From the human T2T-CHM13v2.0 reference genome, Homo sapiens: DNA of 64,000 nucleotides. Where the stretch lies: assembly GCF_009914755.1 (NCBI RefSeq), contig NC_060940.1. One strand, 5' to 3'. Shown piece after piece: positions 1 through 64,000 of this stretch. Both the position numbers and the translations under genes were made by a program. Positions within the stretch are counted from its first letter, which is position 1. Every line of letters starts with the position of its first letter. Under the pieces are notes generated by a model. It was not told the DNA's origin and did not search any database. It saw only the letters and a program-made list of their open reading frames with translations.

Positions 1-448
1 ACAGAGGGGTTGATTACAGTCAATGTCACCCTGATGGAAATCTATATGGCAAAATATTTTCAAGCACCAAACTGTTTTACCTACTTAAAAATGATTATTA
101 TAACAATTTCAGGTCAACCAGATAATGTGGGCAATCTCTGAGTTTGTGATACAAGACTTATTTCCAATAAGTTTATTTTTATGTACAATTTTACTGTTTA
201 TTTTTTGTTTGCTCTATTTGTTTTTTAATGTTTTTTACTTTATGTTTACTGTATTTTTATGTACAATTACATCCAAAGCAGAAAAGTTCCTTTTTTATCC
301 CCAAAAGGAGGTGTCAGCAAAAATTTGTTACTCTGATTACTTCCTTCACAGCTTTAGGATACGAAGTGCTGCAGTGGCAAAGGCTCATCCCCTAGTTATT
401 GGAGCTAGAACCACAACAGAACACAGCCTAGTCAGCCAAAACAGCAGT

Positions 449-1270
<822 letters not shown>

Positions 1271-2542
1271 CATTAGAAACTGAACCTACCCATTTTAATT
1301 AGTAATTTTGGAATTCTAGATCATTAGAATGATCAACCATGATCAAAATCTTGCCAGTTTCACTGCTTAAATGGCAGGTTTTTCCTTGCTTGGTCATATC
1401 TACCCTTTACATACCAGGGTTTGGAGCCCAGTGCCTCATTTGGGTTTCCTACTTTATATGTTGAGGAGGAAGGCAGGGATTTCTGTTGGTAGTTCCTGGG
1501 AGGAAATAATAGGCTCTCTGAAGTGAGTAGTTATTAACTCAACAGAAATAACGCAGTTTCTCTTAGAACTGTACCTTCCTAATTCTTTGTCACTTCCATT
1601 ATGTCACTTTTTTTTTTTGAGACAGTTTCACTGTCTTGCCCAGGCTGGAGTGCAGTGGCACAATCTCAGCTCACTGCAACCTCCGCCTGCCAGGTTAAGG
1701 CAATTCTCCTGCATCAACCTCCTGAGGAGCTGGGATTACAGGTGTGCACCACCACGCCTGGCTAGGCTAATTTTTGTGTTTTTATTAGAGATGGGGTTTC
1801 ACCATGTTGGCCAGGCTGGTCTTGAACTCCTGACCTCAAAAGTGATCCGCTGGCTTCGGCTTCCCAAAGTATTAGGATTATAGGCATGAGCCACCGCACC
1901 TGGCCTTTTTTTTTTTTTTTTTTTTTTTAATTTAAATAGACATAGGGTCTGGAGTGTAGTGGCATGATCATGGCTTATTGCAGCTTCCAACTCCTGGGCT
2001 CACAGGATTCTCTCTCCTCAGCCTCCAGCCTCCTGAGTGGCTAGGACTACAGGTGCATGCCACCACACCTGGCTAATTTTTATTTTTTATTTTTAGTAGA
2101 GACAAAGTCTCTATGTTGCCCAGGCTGGTCTCAAATTCTTGGCCTCAAGCAGTCCTCCCCTTCTTGGCCTCTCATGGCTTGAACCAACTTACCCTACCCT
2201 GTTAATGCACTTTCAAGGGGCCATTGAGAAGCAGAGAATCTTGTTAATCTGGCCAAGCACAAGAGCACAAGCTTCGGCTCAGTGTCCTTTGCCAATAAGA
2301 TTAAGGACACAAGAAGTGAGGAAGGAGGGACTGAGTGCTTAGGAAAGGGCAGGTTTCTGAAAGCAACAGCCATGTAAATGCTGTATGCATAGGCAGTACC
2401 ATAAAGCAGTAGAGCAAAGGACTGAAATTTTCCCCCTTTTCCAGTGTGCAGTGTACAGTAGGGGGCTGTTTTCATAAGGACCCCCCCAATTTTCCTTGTT
2501 CAATATATTGAATTCTGTGAGGAAACAAATTATTATTTTTAC

Positions 2543-63401
<60,859 letters not shown>

Positions 63402-63636
63402 CTATTTGAAAGCCAACACACAAGTTAATTTATAGGTTATAGCTATGGCTACAAGTCTATAAAACCATCATTACATGCACGTATGTGATAATCAGGAAAA
63501 CACAAATTAAAAATTCCTATCCAGTTTTTTAAGGACACTAAGAATTCTGCAGTAGCCCTTTTGCTCTGCTCACATTATGGTGTCCCACATTTCAAATTAA
63601 GTTCACTAGTTGGGTCAACACTGAGAAGTTCATTAA

Positions 63637-63763
63637 CCCATTTATGCCTAGTGTTCCATTATTGGAACACTAGGCATGTGGAGTTATTTACATCCTACTG
63701 CTTAAGGTCATCGCCAGGGTCTGATTTTTCACCAAAAAAGTTTGCAACCTCCAGCATAAATGG
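63637..63763 (+). mobile_element. MER85 piggyBac-derived MITE
   Basis: TTAA then CCCATTTATGCC TIR, internal GTTCCATTATTGGAAC palindrome, right TIR GCATAAATGG; right TTAA is degenerate. Confidence 0.9.
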
Positions 63764-63849
63764 AAAATTCCATACTAAGCATAATATTCTCCTTTGAGTT
63801 CTGTAACTCTCATTGGTAGAGATAAAAGAGTTCAGAAGGTGGATGATAA

Positions 63850-63999
<150 letters not shown>

Positions 64000-64000
64000 G

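Noticed and set aside
1-41. Minus-strand in-frame ISIRVTLTVINPSV after tag, faintly like the TM11 VINLFV motif, as a possible exon 29
   Set aside because: It does not match the recalled exon 29 start (VFALDP...) or the remaining length budget. More likely the branch point and pyrimidine tract just before the true exon, which lies outside the window.

Overview
Human genomic DNA (chr16q22). The window holds exons 3-28 of PKD1L3 (polycystin-1-like 3, the GPS/PLAT/11-TM partner of the PKD2L1 channel) on the minus strand. I placed all 26 exons by GT-AG boundaries and phase continuity. Exon lengths sum to 4508 nt with consistent phases and I found no stop codon, so this looks like the intact allele of a gene I recall as a polymorphic pseudogene. 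Exon numbering and protein positions come from my recall of the 1732-aa reference. Exons 1-2 and 29-30 lie outside the window. Introns are packed with repeats: about 85 Alu copies or fragments by rough count, including a human-specific AluYa5. There is also a MER52 solo LTR, THE1/MST, MLT1 and MER34-like LTRs, L1M/L2/MIR relics, MER2, MER53, a MER85 piggyBac MITE, an RPL39 processed pseudogene and a ~1 kb polypurine tract. The most notable observation is exon 24. It reads through a strong internal splice donor into 93 codons with no polycystin-like sequence, exactly where the extracellular TOP/polycystin domain should be, and I found no TOP exons in the next intron. No prokaryotic-type system or CRISPR array is present. 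Almost all other ORFs in the track are Alu, LTR or low-complexity artefacts.
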